Source of the DNA: Clostridiales bacterium DTU032
GTDB taxonomy: Bacteria; Bacillota; Clostridia; Saccharofermentanales; DTU023
Length of the DNA stretch: 48,599 nucleotides
Reading direction: 5' to 3'
NCBI GenBank assembly: GCA_001512745.1
Contig: LFSM01000111.1
Location: forward strand, 7,029-55,627
Notes under the pieces: model-generated
Seen by the model: the letters and a program-made list of their open reading frames with translations, nothing else
What the model was told of the DNA's origin: nothing
Database searches by the model: none
Made by a program: the position numbers and the translations under genes
Shown: positions 39,837 to 48,599 of the stretch, one piece after another
Position numbering within the stretch: the stretch's first letter is position 1
How the letters are laid out: each line of letters begins with the position of its first letter

Positions 39837-41051
39837 TCACTCTACCTGCAAAAGAAAGTCAATAATATTCATATGTTTAATGCCTTCACGGCTCATATTT
39901 AGCGAGTCCATACTTAAGACATACTTGGGATAGTTATCTGCAATGTTTCTCAGAGGTGTAAACTCACGTTCGATCGTTGCTTCTTCAGCCAAGAGATAAC
40001 AAACTTGAATGTAAATAACTTCCTTGCCTCGTTTAGCAATAAAATCAATTTCTTTTCCATCCAGGTCCCCGACTGTAATTTGATAATTCCGGCTCAATAA
40101 CTCATTACATACGATACTTCCCAAAACCACCTGGATCTGCTCCATATTACTGTAACCTGATGCCTCTCTGAATCCATGGTCAGTCAGATAATATTTGTCC
40201 TGATACTTAAAAGCTTTCTTGCCCTTCACATCATGTCTCTTTATGCGGTGAAAGATAAACGCCTCTTCACAGTAGGCAAGATAATTGAGTATGGTATCTA
40301 CTGATGTCCGTTTTTGCTGACTCTTCAAATACCGATGAATACTTCTGGCAGAGAATGTCTGTCCACATTGCTCAACAACATAGTGGACAAGACGATTTAG
40401 CAGGTCCAAATCTCTAATCTCATTCCTTGCCTGAACGTCCTTAATGACAATTGAATCAAAGGTGTCCTTAAGATAGACCATGCTATCCTGCTTGTGACCC
40501 AGGGTATTGCTCAGAAAGGGCATTCCACCCAGCTCCAGATAAAGACGAAAGGAACTTTCACTATTTGAGTCGCCAGTCTCCTTCCTGACCATATCCATGA
40601 ACTCTTTGAACTGAAAAGGCAAGACCTCAAACTGCACATACCTGCCTGCAATCAGAGTAGCAAGCTCACTTGAAAGCAGATTGGCGTTACTTCCTGTAAT
40701 GTAGATATCACATTCATAGTCAACCCTTAGTACATTGACAGCTCGCTCCCAATTATTTACATATTGTATTTCATCAAGAAAAAAGTATATTTTCCCATCT
40801 TTACCCTCTGCAAATGTTTCAATATCTTCCATGAGATCTATTTCATTGAGTATTGAAAGTCCCTTTCTGGACTCCATGTTCAGATAGTAGATATTTTCGC
40901 GCGCTATCTCTGGCAGCAACTCATTCATGATCATTTGAAGCAATGTGGACTTACCGGCGCGTCTGAGCCCTGTAAGAACCTTTACAACAGGTTTATTGAC
41001 AAAGGGTCTTATACGTTGAAGATAGCGTTCCCGTATGATGTAATTCTTCAT
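39837..41051 (-). CDS. AAA_14 ATPase with DUF4143 C-terminal domain
   Basis: TGLRRAGKST, FFLDEIQ, ITGSNA.LLSSELAT.IAGRY, Y...GGMP, KYYLTD.G, EIDFIA..YIQV. Confidence 0.9.
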   Translation of the reverse strand: MKNYIIRERYLQRIRPFVNKPVVKVLTGLRRAGKSTLLQMIMNELLPEIARENIYYLNMESRKGLSILNEIDLMEDIETFAEGKDGKIYFFLDEIQYVNNWERAVNVLRVDYECDIYITGSNANLLSSELATLIAGRYVQFEVLPFQFKEFMDMVRKETGDSNSESSFRLYLELGGMPFLSNTLGHKQDSMVYLKDTFDSIVIKDVQARNEIRDLDLLNRLVHYVVEQCGQTFSARSIHRYLKSQQKRTSVDTILNYLAYCEEAFIFHRIKRHDVKGKKAFKYQDKYYLTDHGFREASGYSNMEQIQVVLGSIVCNELLSRNYQITVGDLDGKEIDFIAKRGKEVIYIQVCYLLAEEATIEREFTPLRNIADNYPKYVLSMDSLNMSREGIKHMNIIDFLLQVE

Positions 41052-41137
41052 AATCACCTCCATACTGTCAGTCTATTGTCGACAGTTTAGGCTATTTTTA
41101 GATATTTGTCGAGTATGAGGGGACACACTTAGAAATC

Positions 41138-41223
41138 CTGCCTGTTTTTTCAAGACACTCCTTTGCGACACGCATGGTAGAGTGCGGAATAAATGCTAAA
41201 TCTTTGCAGATAATCATGGGGAA
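41138..41223 (+). pseudogene. Tyrosine recombinase (integrase) C-terminal relic
   Basis: Translates LPVFSRHSFATRMVECGINAKSLQIIMGN, matching the box II pattern RH(T/S)FAT..E.G...K.LQ..MGH; adjacent to a tRNA 3' end. Confidence 0.75.
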
Positions 41224-41257
41224 TAAAAAGGCAGAAAACACACTCCAATTAAAAGAC

Positions 41258-41290
41258 AAAAGCCCTGTGACGCATATACCACAGGGCTTT
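41258..41290 (-). terminator. Terminator hairpin downstream of tRNA-Thr
   Basis: AAAGCCCTGTG...CACAGGGCTTT inverted repeat, 5 nt after the CCA end. Confidence 0.75.
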
Positions 41291-41295
41291 CTATT

Positions 41296-41371
41296 TGGAG
41301 CCTGAGGACGGATTCGAACCCCCGACCTGCTGATTACAAATCAGCTGCTCTGCCAACTGAGCTACTCAGGC
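41296..41371 (-). tRNA. tRNA-Thr(TGT)
   Basis: GCCTGAGTAGCTCAGTTGGCAGAGCAGCTGATTTGTAATCAGCAGGTCGGGGGTTCGAATCCGTCCTCAGGCTCCA: 76-nt cloverleaf, TGT anticodon, encoded CCA. Confidence 0.97.
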
Positions 41372-41401
41372 ATCTTTCTGCAAATATTTTCAGCATTGCT
41401 A

Positions 41402-41430
41402 ATCGTATCTGAGAATCAAATTCTTGTCAA
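41402..41430 (-). promoter_or_regulatory. Sigma-A promoter for tRNA-Thr
   Basis: Minus strand TTGACA-N17-TACGAT, about 30 nt upstream of the tRNA. Confidence 0.7.
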
Positions 41431-41434
41431 CTTA

Positions 41435-42796
41435 TCAGAGACTTTTAAAATCAATTACTTGTTCCCGCTCCAGTTTTTTCAGATAGCTGATGAAAGCAAG
41501 GATAAAGACTACAGCAACAACATTAGTAGTGATTGTCATCGTCCACCAGATACCGTTAACTCCCAGTGGTGTTGACGACAGCCAGGCTGCAAGTGGAATA
41601 CGGGAACCGATAAAGATTGTGGAAACAATAGCTGTAAAGCGCGTCTGACCCAAAGCTGAAAAAGCCGCTATGGTAATGATTTCTAATCCCAGCAATATCT
41701 GAGATGCAGACAGAATCTGCAAATAGGCTCTTCCGCCGGCAATAGCTTCAGGTTCGCCCATAAACAAAGAAGTGATATCTGCAGCGAAAAAATAAAGTAT
41801 AGACGTGGTAAAAATACAGATGATGAGTACAATCAAGAAAGCTGAGAGATAGCCTTTCTTCACTCTCCTCCCCTTCCCGGCGCCATAATTCTGTGCAATG
41901 AAAGCACTTACTGCCGAGCCAAATCCATCAGCGGTCATCCAGGATATCGACTCTACCTGAGAGCCAAAACGCTGTACTGCGACACTAAGGTCACCAAATT
42001 GCACCACCATGCGTGAAATTACAATGGTGACCATGGAGCGGATCAATGACTGGGCGCCTGCCGGCAGACCGATACGCAAAATCTCAGCCACATTCTTCCA
42101 GGCAATGGGCCGGGAGAAAAGCTGCAAATTATTGAAGATCTCATCATTTTTTGCTATGACAAGCAAAATAAGCAAGACAATGACCTGAGCAATGACAGTA
42201 GCAAGAGCCGCACCGAAGACCCCCATATCCAGGGTCGTTATCATCAGGGGATCCAGAATCATATTTGCCATCAGGCCGATAGCATTAGCGATAAAGGGTG
42301 ATTTGCTGTTCCCTGCCGTTGTCAGCAAGGCACTCAGGATTCTGCCGCCGAAAGTGGCAAAAAGGCCAAAACTGCTTACCTGCAGATAGATAATTGCATC
42401 GCCATGGGTAACAGCTTCATTGAAATTAAAAATAGAAATGATGGGGCCTGCTGCAAAAAAATAAAGCAAAAACAGAAAAAATGCAGCAAGATAGCCTAAA
42501 CGCAGTGACTCTCTTCCGTAAGAGCGGACCTGGTCTATCTTGCCCCGGCCATAGGCTTGGCCGCAATGGACCTGGCCGCCAATGCGCATAATACTGAGAA
42601 TTCCGTCCGAAACCCACATGAGCAGGCCACCGGTACCCACTGCTGCTACAGCCTGGGTGCCCAGCCTGCCAACCCAGAACATATCCGTCAGATTATAAGC
42701 CAGACTGAGAAAAGATCCCGCCATGATGGGAATGGCCAGCCTTACAATGGAAGATGTCACCGGCCCTTTTAATAAATCAACTTTTTTGCTGCGCAC
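41435..42796 (-). CDS. MATE family efflux transporter
   Basis: DLLKGP..RLAIP..YNLTDMFWVGRLG..AVAAVG, NMILDPL, GVFGAALATVIAQ, QNYGAG; GTG start at 42796 after GAGGAG. Confidence 0.93.
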   Translation of the reverse strand: MRSKKVDLLKGPVTSSIVRLAIPIMAGSFLSLAYNLTDMFWVGRLGTQAVAAVGTGGLLMWVSDGILSIMRIGGQVHCGQAYGRGKIDQVRSYGRESLRLGYLAAFFLFLLYFFAAGPIISIFNFNEAVTHGDAIIYLQVSSFGLFATFGGRILSALLTTAGNSKSPFIANAIGLMANMILDPLMITTLDMGVFGAALATVIAQVIVLLILLVIAKNDEIFNNLQLFSRPIAWKNVAEILRIGLPAGAQSLIRSMVTIVISRMVVQFGDLSVAVQRFGSQVESISWMTADGFGSAVSAFIAQNYGAGKGRRVKKGYLSAFLIVLIICIFTTSILYFFAADITSLFMGEPEAIAGGRAYLQILSASQILLGLEIITIAAFSALGQTRFTAIVSTIFIGSRIPLAAWLSSTPLGVNGIWWTMTITTNVVAVVFILAFISYLKKLEREQVIDFKSL

Positions 42797-43024
42797 TTTG
42801 CTCCTCACTGCTTCTGCCAAGCAGAATCTCCTCATAGCATTCTACACGAATCTTCCTGAAGCGCCATAATTCACGGTTAGGTAATTGCCCAAAGATGCCT
42901 CTCTTATGTTATCCTTTTGCTATTGAAGATAATGAATTTCGACCAAAGCTCGCAGCGCAAAGACAGCTTAATCAGGTCTTGCTTCTGAGAGTTTTTTTAC
43001 GAAAAAGTTCGGAGGTAAGTAAGG

Positions 43025-44363
43025 ATGCGATTTAAGTGGCCCCGGGTTTTACAGGGCATCCATCCCAGTCAGAACAAGAATACCGCCAAGTCAGCTATTG
43101 CAAAGCTCAGCGGTTTTGAAACTGTATCCATCCCCTTAGACATGCAAATAGGTCCCGGCTGTGAATGTCTGGTAAAAAAGGGAGATAGGGTGGAAATCGC
43201 TCAGCAAATCGGTCAGGCTCTGGGCGCCTGGAGTGTGCCTGTTCATGCTAGTATTTCCGGAACCGTTAAATCAGTTAAAAAGGAAATACTCAGTGACGGC
43301 ACTCATGTTGAGTATGTCAACATTGAATCCGACGGCCAGGAAACAGTGTCTGCCGCAGTCAAACCTCCCCTGGTTCATGACCGTGCAGATTTTATAGCTG
43401 CAGTCCGGGCATCTGGTCTGGTCGGTCTGGGCGGAGCAGCCTTCCCCACTCACATCAAGATGCAGCCGCCGCCGGGAAAAGATACTTGATACCTTGATTA
43501 TCAACGCAGCGGAATGTGAACCCTACATTACTTCCGACCACCGCATCTGCCTGGAATATCCGCGGCAGGTCATTAAAGGCATTATGCTGACCTGCCACTA
43601 TTTGAATATTCCTGAGGCGGTCATTGCCATTGAAGATAATAAGCGCGATGTTGTCAGTGTTCTGAAGGCAGAGATCGATCAGGCCGCAGCCACTCCCGAC
43701 TATCCGGAAAAGGGCATCTCGATCAAAGTTTTGCCGACTCAATATCCGACAGGTGCTGAGAAGATTTTGATCCGTCTGGTCAACGATCGTGTCGTCCCCG
43801 AAGGGGGCTTGCCTGCAGATGTGGGGGTTCTCGTACAAAACGTCGGTACCATCCGCTATATCGCAGAATATTTTGAGACCGGTATGCCGCTGGTGAATAA
43901 AATCGTCACTATTGATGGTTCAGCAGTCAGCCAGCCTGCCAACCTTGAAGTGCCTATCGGCGCTGCCATTGGCGAAGTCGTTGAAAAAAGCGGAGGCTGT
44001 AAGCTTGAAGCAGGCAAAGTCATCATGGGAGGCCCGATGATGGGTGTCGCTATCGACGACTTAAGCCGCCCCATCCTCAAGCATAACAACGCTATTATCG
44101 TACTGGATGAAAAAGATGCCACTTTGCCAAAAGAGATTGCCTGTATTCAATGCGGCCGCTGCACCCGGGCTTGCCCCATGCTTCTGATGCCGACAGTTTT
44201 AGACATGGCTGCCCGCAATCAGGATTGCGATAAACTCAACAAATATCATGTCATGAACTGTATTGAATGTGGTTGCTGCACTTATGTCTGTCCTTCAAAA
44301 CGCTACTTGCTGCAAAACATAAGAATCGGCAAGACAATCGTCAGGCAGGCAAGCAAAGGCTAA
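43025..44363 (+). pseudogene. rnfC: RnfC/RsxC electron transport subunit, split by a +1 frameshift near 43474-43481 (real or assembly error)
   Basis: 5' part PVHASISGTV, GLVGLGGAAFPTHIK; 3' part DTLIINAAECEPY, GGPMMG, CIQCGRC..ACP, CIECGCC.YVCP in a different frame. Confidence 0.9.
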
Positions 44364-44399
44364 AGCCTTAGGCTTAACTATAAAGGAGACTATAGACTA

Positions 44400-45365
44400 A
44401 TGTTACGTGTATCATCATCCCCACATATCAGGGATAACTCTTCTACACAACGCATCATGCTTGATGTAGTTTTGGCACTGATACCCATGGTGATTGCCTC
44501 AGTCTTTATTTTCGGCTGGCGCGCACTGCTTATTTACGCTGTCAGTGTTGCCAGTTCTGTCCTTTTCGAAGCTCTGTCTCGTATTATTATGAAGAGAGAG
44601 CAAACAATCAGCGACCTGTCCGCTGTTGTAACGGGTTTACTGTTGGCAGCAGGGCTGCCTGCCGGCTATCCGATCTGGATGGTAGTCGTCGGCGCCTTTA
44701 TCGCTATCGTTTTCGTCAAACAACTCTTTGGTGGATTGGGCAGCAACTTTGCCAACCCGGCAGTTACGGCCCGTATCATTCTGGCAGTATCTTTCGCTAC
44801 TGAAACCAGCAGTTTTTCTGTATTACCACAGTATGCACAAGAGGCTTCTCTGGCCGGAGCTTCCCAGTATGATCTGGTGACAAGCGCCACGCCTCTGGGA
44901 ATGTCAGCAGCAGAACTTCCATCTTACTTGGATCTGTTTTTGGGAAGACATGCCGGCAGTATCGGAGAGGTCTGCATTCTCGCCCTGCTGATCGGAGCTG
45001 CCTATCTGCTGATCCGGGGCGTCATTGATCTCTGGATTCCCCTGATATATATCGGAACAACAGTTGCCTTAGTCGCTCTGACCGGCGGCGACCCCCTATT
45101 CCACCTGCTTTCAGGTGCTTTAGTGCTGGCAGCCTTTTTCATGATGACAGACTATGTCACCTCACCGACGACTGTTGCGGGAAAGGTAATCTTCGCCATC
45201 GGCGGCGCTGCACTTACCTTCCTCCTGAGAATGTACAGCAATATGCCGGAAGGAGTCTCATACTCAGTTCTGCTGATGAATATTCTCACACCGCATATTG
45301 ACCGCTGGACAGCACACAAAACGATTGGAGGGAATTATGGCAAAAAAAGCAGACAAAACTCATAA
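44400..45365 (+). CDS. rnfD: Rnf complex subunit D
   Basis: SSSPHIR, DLSAVVTGLLLA, KQLFGGLG.NFANPA, SATPL FMN site, GSIGE, TDYVTSP. Confidence 0.95.
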   Translation: MLRVSSSPHIRDNSSTQRIMLDVVLALIPMVIASVFIFGWRALLIYAVSVASSVLFEALSRIIMKREQTISDLSAVVTGLLLAAGLPAGYPIWMVVVGAFIAIVFVKQLFGGLGSNFANPAVTARIILAVSFATETSSFSVLPQYAQEASLAGASQYDLVTSATPLGMSAAELPSYLDLFLGRHAGSIGEVCILALLIGAAYLLIRGVIDLWIPLIYIGTTVALVALTGGDPLFHLLSGALVLAAFFMMTDYVTSPTTVAGKVIFAIGGAALTFLLRMYSNMPEGVSYSVLLMNILTPHIDRWTAHKTIGGNYGKKSRQNS

Positions 45366-45993
45366 TGCCGCTGATAAAGACAAGACAAAGTTTATTGAAC
45401 GCGGCTTCATGCCGGCAATAATACTGACAATAATCGCTGTGGTCAGTATCACTTTGCTGGCCTTTACCGAATCCATTACTGCTGAGGCCAGGGCCTATCA
45501 GCAGCAAGTCATGGCAGATGCCAACAAGCGGGCCATATTTATTGACGCTGACAGTTTCCCCGCTGAAGAATTAGATAGCGCCGGCGCTTCACTTGAAGGC
45601 GGCAATGCTGTTGATTTGTCCGGGGATGACAGCATAATCCACGAAGTATATCTCGCTGAAAAAGACGGCAGCAATATCGGCATTCTAATTACGGCAAAAC
45701 CTGTCGGATACGGCGGAGCACTTACGATTATGCTGGGTTACGACCTGGAGGGTAATATGGTTGGCCTGACTATTGATGCTTCAACACAGACAGCGGGTCT
45801 GGGCACTAAAGTAGGTGAAGAAGATTTCACAGGCAAGCTTAGTGGTTTTAATGCGGCTGATACTGTGTCTTCTGACAACAATGCCAGCTTTCAGGTTGAC
45901 GGCGTCAGTGGAGCGACCATATCATCGAGTGCCGTTTTTAAAGGTATCAACGCAGCCAACAAAGCAGCACATCAGATCTTGGGCTTGGAATAG
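45337..45993 (+). CDS. rnfG: Rnf complex subunit G
   Basis: One TM, GYGG, T.GLG, DGVSGATISS FMN-Thr motif; ATG at 45337 after GGAGGG. Confidence 0.92.
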   Translation: MAKKADKTHNAADKDKTKFIERGFMPAIILTIIAVVSITLLAFTESITAEARAYQQQVMADANKRAIFIDADSFPAEELDSAGASLEGGNAVDLSGDDSIIHEVYLAEKDGSNIGILITAKPVGYGGALTIMLGYDLEGNMVGLTIDASTQTAGLGTKVGEEDFTGKLSGFNAADTVSSDNNASFQVDGVSGATISSSAVFKGINAANKAAHQILGLE

Positions 45994-46002
45994 GAGGATA
46001 CT

Positions 46003-46809
46003 GTGGCTAAGAATAAAAAATCACTTTCCTATGAGTTAATTAAAGGAATTGTTAAGGAAAACCCTCTCTTTGTTCTGGTTCTGGGAACCTGCCCTGCTTT
46101 GGCTGTCACTACATCCGCTTTTAACGGACTGGGCATGGGAATCGCCTTCACCTTTGTTCTTATTATGTCGAATGTCGTGATTTCAGCCTTGCGCAAAGTA
46201 ATCCCTGATAGTGTACGCATACCGGCTTATATCACAATCATTGCCTCCCTGGTTACTATCGTCGAGTTTCTTCTGAAAGCATACACTCCCGAACTCGATC
46301 AGAGTCTGGGAATCTTCATACCTCTGATTACGGTAAACTGCATCATTCTGGGACGTGCGGAGGCTTTTGCCAACCGCAATGGTGTACTGGCTTCAATCAT
46401 GGATGCAATCGGCATGGGTCTGGGCTTCACACTGGCTTTATTACTCATGGGCAGTCTGCGGGAAATTTTGGGCTTTGGCACCTTCTTCGGAATCAACATG
46501 CCCTGGATCAGAGAAGGCGGTTTGCGGCCAATCGGCATTCTTGCTTTGCCTGCAGGCGGTTTTGCTGTCTTCGGTGTGCTGGTTGCGGTTTTCAACAAAA
46601 TGAACCATCGCTGGTACTCACGCAAGCCGGATGACATTATGGACCGCAGAAACTATCCCGGCAGCATCAGTGCACGCACAGATTCCCCTTTCATTTCAGC
46701 CGAATCTGCAAGTGCAGGAACTGAGGCTATCGCCATAGCTGAAGGCAGTGTACCGGAAAGCATGACAGAGCCCGGTGAGCGCAGCCTCTCTTCCGGAGAG
46801 AGAAAGTAA
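46003..46809 (+). CDS. rnfE: Rnf complex subunit E
   Basis: ENP.FV.VLGTCPALAVT, VRIPAYI, IPLITVNCIILGRAEAFA, REILG.G. Confidence 0.95.
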   Translation: MAKNKKSLSYELIKGIVKENPLFVLVLGTCPALAVTTSAFNGLGMGIAFTFVLIMSNVVISALRKVIPDSVRIPAYITIIASLVTIVEFLLKAYTPELDQSLGIFIPLITVNCIILGRAEAFANRNGVLASIMDAIGMGLGFTLALLLMGSLREILGFGTFFGINMPWIREGGLRPIGILALPAGGFAVFGVLVAVFNKMNHRWYSRKPDDIMDRRNYPGSISARTDSPFISAESASAGTEAIAIAEGSVPESMTEPGERSLSSGERK

Positions 46810-46821
46810 GGAGAAATTAAG

Positions 46822-47412
46822 ATGCAAGAGATGTTCAAAATACTTTTTTCTGTCATCCTGATTGACAACTTAGTACTGTCACGCTTCCTTGGTGTTTGCT
46901 CCTTTTTAGGCCTGACCAAGGATCTGAAGAACTCAATGGGCATGAGTGTAGCGGTAATTTTCGTCATGCTGGTTTCTACCGCAATCACTTACCCGATCTA
47001 CTCTTCTCTATTGGCGCCATATGGCTTAGGCTATCTGCAGACAGTAGTTTTTATTCTGGTTATCGCTGCTACCGTACAGGTCTTGGAAGCAGTCATTCGC
47101 AAGACTATGCCACCACTTTATGAAGCTATGGGGATATTCCTGCCGCTGATCACAACCAACTGTGCCATTCTCGGTGTCATGCTGATCAATATTCAGGAAT
47201 CTTATTCTTTCGTTAACGCTATCATGAATTCTTTGGGCGCCGGCTTAGGCTATACCTTGGCCATGTTCCTTTTTGTTGGCGTGCGGGAAAAGTTGGAAAC
47301 AGCAGATATACCTGATGCATTCAAAGGTCTCCCGTCTACATTGACAGCTGCATCAATCCTGTCGGTATCTTTTATGGGTTTCAGCGGCGTAATTGAAAAT
47401 TTGTTTGGTTAA
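46822..47412 (+). CDS. rnfA: Rnf complex subunit A
   Basis: NLVLSRFLGVCSFLG, YLQTVVFILVIA, GIFLPLITTNCAILG, GVREKL. Confidence 0.95.
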   Translation: MQEMFKILFSVILIDNLVLSRFLGVCSFLGLTKDLKNSMGMSVAVIFVMLVSTAITYPIYSSLLAPYGLGYLQTVVFILVIAATVQVLEAVIRKTMPPLYEAMGIFLPLITTNCAILGVMLINIQESYSFVNAIMNSLGAGLGYTLAMFLFVGVREKLETADIPDAFKGLPSTLTAASILSVSFMGFSGVIENLFG

Positions 47413-47447
47413 GAGGCAGTGACAATGCCCGGGAGTAAGGAGTAAAT

Positions 47448-48362
47448 ATGGAACTAGTAATTCTGCAAATGAGCAATATACTATTACCGGCACTAATCGG
47501 CGGCGGCACTGCTTTGCTGCTTGGTATAGTAATTATTCTGGTCTTTCGTTTCTTCTCGGTTAAAGAAGATCCTCTGGTAGATGAATTAACAGAAGTCCTG
47601 CCCGGAGTCAACTGCGGCGGCTGCGGCTATTCCGGCTGTCTGGCCTATGCTTCAGCTCTGGCTTCAGGTGAAGACAGCAATACTTCAAAATGTACGGCCG
47701 GCGGACTGGAAACTGCGGAAGCCATCGCTATGACCATGGGTACCGCTCCTCAGGAATACATACCGCAGGTTGCTCATGTTTTTTGTCAGGGCAGCGGTGA
47801 GTATACAGGAAAGCGATATGAGTATACAGGCACACCGAACTGCGCATCTTCGACAGGGCTTTTTGCAGGCCCAAACTCCTGCACATACGGCTGCCTGGGT
47901 TTTGGTGACTGCTATGATGTCTGTGACTTCGATGCGATCTGGATCGATGATGGACTGGCCCATGTCAACCATGAAAACTGCACTGCCTGCGGCAAGTGTG
48001 TTATCGCCTGTCCTAAGGATTTGATCAGTCTCATACCCAAGCATGAGCTGGCGACGGTAAATAGCTGCGTCAATCACTGGCCGGCTGCTGCCACACGCAA
48101 AAACTGCAAAATAGGCTGTATCTCCTGTCGTCTCTGCATAAAAGCCTGCCCCGTCGATGCCATCCACATAGATGACAATCTGGCAATAATTGATCAGGAA
48201 CTCTGTATTCACTGTGGTGAGTGCGTCAAAGTCTGCCCGACCAGCTCCATAAGAGAAGGTTTGCTGGGCAGTATGGAAGAGGAAAAGGCCAGGCGGGCTG
48301 CAGCAAAAGCTGAGAAAGAAGCGGCAGAAGAAGCGGCCAAAGCCGAGAAAGAAGCCAGTTGA
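47448..48362 (+). CDS. rnfB: Rnf complex subunit B (polyferredoxin)
   Basis: LPGVNCGGCGYSGC, CTYGCLGFGDC..VC.FDAI, multiple CxxCxxCxxxCP motifs. Confidence 0.95.
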   Translation: MELVILQMSNILLPALIGGGTALLLGIVIILVFRFFSVKEDPLVDELTEVLPGVNCGGCGYSGCLAYASALASGEDSNTSKCTAGGLETAEAIAMTMGTAPQEYIPQVAHVFCQGSGEYTGKRYEYTGTPNCASSTGLFAGPNSCTYGCLGFGDCYDVCDFDAIWIDDGLAHVNHENCTACGKCVIACPKDLISLIPKHELATVNSCVNHWPAAATRKNCKIGCISCRLCIKACPVDAIHIDDNLAIIDQELCIHCGECVKVCPTSSIREGLLGSMEEEKARRAAAKAEKEAAEEAAKAEKEAS

Positions 48363-48384
48363 TATTTTTTCTGTTTACTGCTGT

Positions 48385-48413
48385 AAAGAGGGCTCTGCGG
48401 CCCTCTTTTTTTT
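48385..48413 (+). terminator. Intrinsic terminator of the rnf operon
   Basis: AAAGAGGGC-TCTGCG-GCCCTCTTT followed by a T run. Confidence 0.85.
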
Positions 48414-48415
48414 AC

Positions 48416-48455
48416 AAAATAAAACCGGCCTTCTGCGAAATCGCCTGTGGCCGGT
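48416..48455 (-). terminator. Probable terminator of rpmB
   Basis: ACCGGCC...GGCCGGT stem, followed on the minus strand by TTTTATTTT. Confidence 0.55.
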
Positions 48456-48497
48456 CTGTAAACATTTGGGTTTTCCCCCAGTGCTTCTGCTGAAAGC

Positions 48498-48599
48498 TTA
48501 TGCACGCTCTACTCTGCCGCTCTTGAGGCAGTCGGTGCAAACGTTCATTCTCTTGGGTGTGCCGTCAACCATTACGCGCACTCTTTTTATGTTTGCGCG
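48498..48599 (-). CDS. rpmB: 50S ribosomal protein L28, 3' part (runs off the window; not in the ORF track)
   Basis: Manual translation RANIKRVRVMVDGTPKRMNVCTDCLKSGRVERA-stop matches the L28 C-terminus. Confidence 0.9.
   Translation of the reverse strand, partial: RANIKRVRVMVDGTPKRMNVCTDCLKSGRVERA

Noticed and set aside
43474-43480. G-GGA-AAA as a classical -1 ribosomal frameshift heptamer
   Set aside because: It fits X-XXY-YYZ, but a -1 shift enters the wrong frame; +1 or -2 is required
43487-43489. TGA in rnfC as selenocysteine or stop-codon readthrough
   Set aside because: The downstream RnfC half is in a different frame (43025 versus 43494), so readthrough cannot join them, and the position is not a Cys site
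47685-48212. 175-aa minus-strand ORF within rnfB, and similar antisense ORFs in recG, ftsZ, infB and MMPL
   Set aside because: Entirely antisense to well-supported conserved genes, with no motifs or RBS noticed

Overview
Mostly core chromosome of a Clostridia-type Bacillota (inferred from gene content, gene order and sigma-A/SD motifs). From right to left on the minus strand: the rimP-nusA-ylxR-L7Ae-infB-rbfA-DHH-truB-ribF-lgt-rodA block; a reduced dcw cluster (mraZ-rsmH-ftsL-PBP-murF-mraY-ftsW-murG-ftsQ-DUF1290-ftsZ, lacking murE, murD and ftsA); nrdR; an OmpR/histidine kinase pair; an HtrA-like lipoprotein; and nth-recG-rsmD-coaD followed by a SepIVA-like gene. The 33.3-41.4 kb region is more accessory: a small P-loop gene with mscL, a REP-like palindrome, a TetR/MMPL/heptad-repeat module, an AAA-DUF4143 gene, an integrase relic and tRNA-Thr(TGT). 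The right end holds a MATE gene, an rnfCDGEAB operon with frameshifted rnfC, and the 3' end of rpmB. Best leads: an HtrA homologue lacking its catalytic His/Ser next to a two-component system; an FtsZ with two C-terminal anchor-like motifs in a cluster without ftsA; the MMPL plus coiled-coil module with a candidate operator; the rnfC frameshift and leader hairpin; and the REP-like element. All calls come from reading motifs by eye; no searches were run. No CRISPR array, rRNA or intact mobile element was seen.
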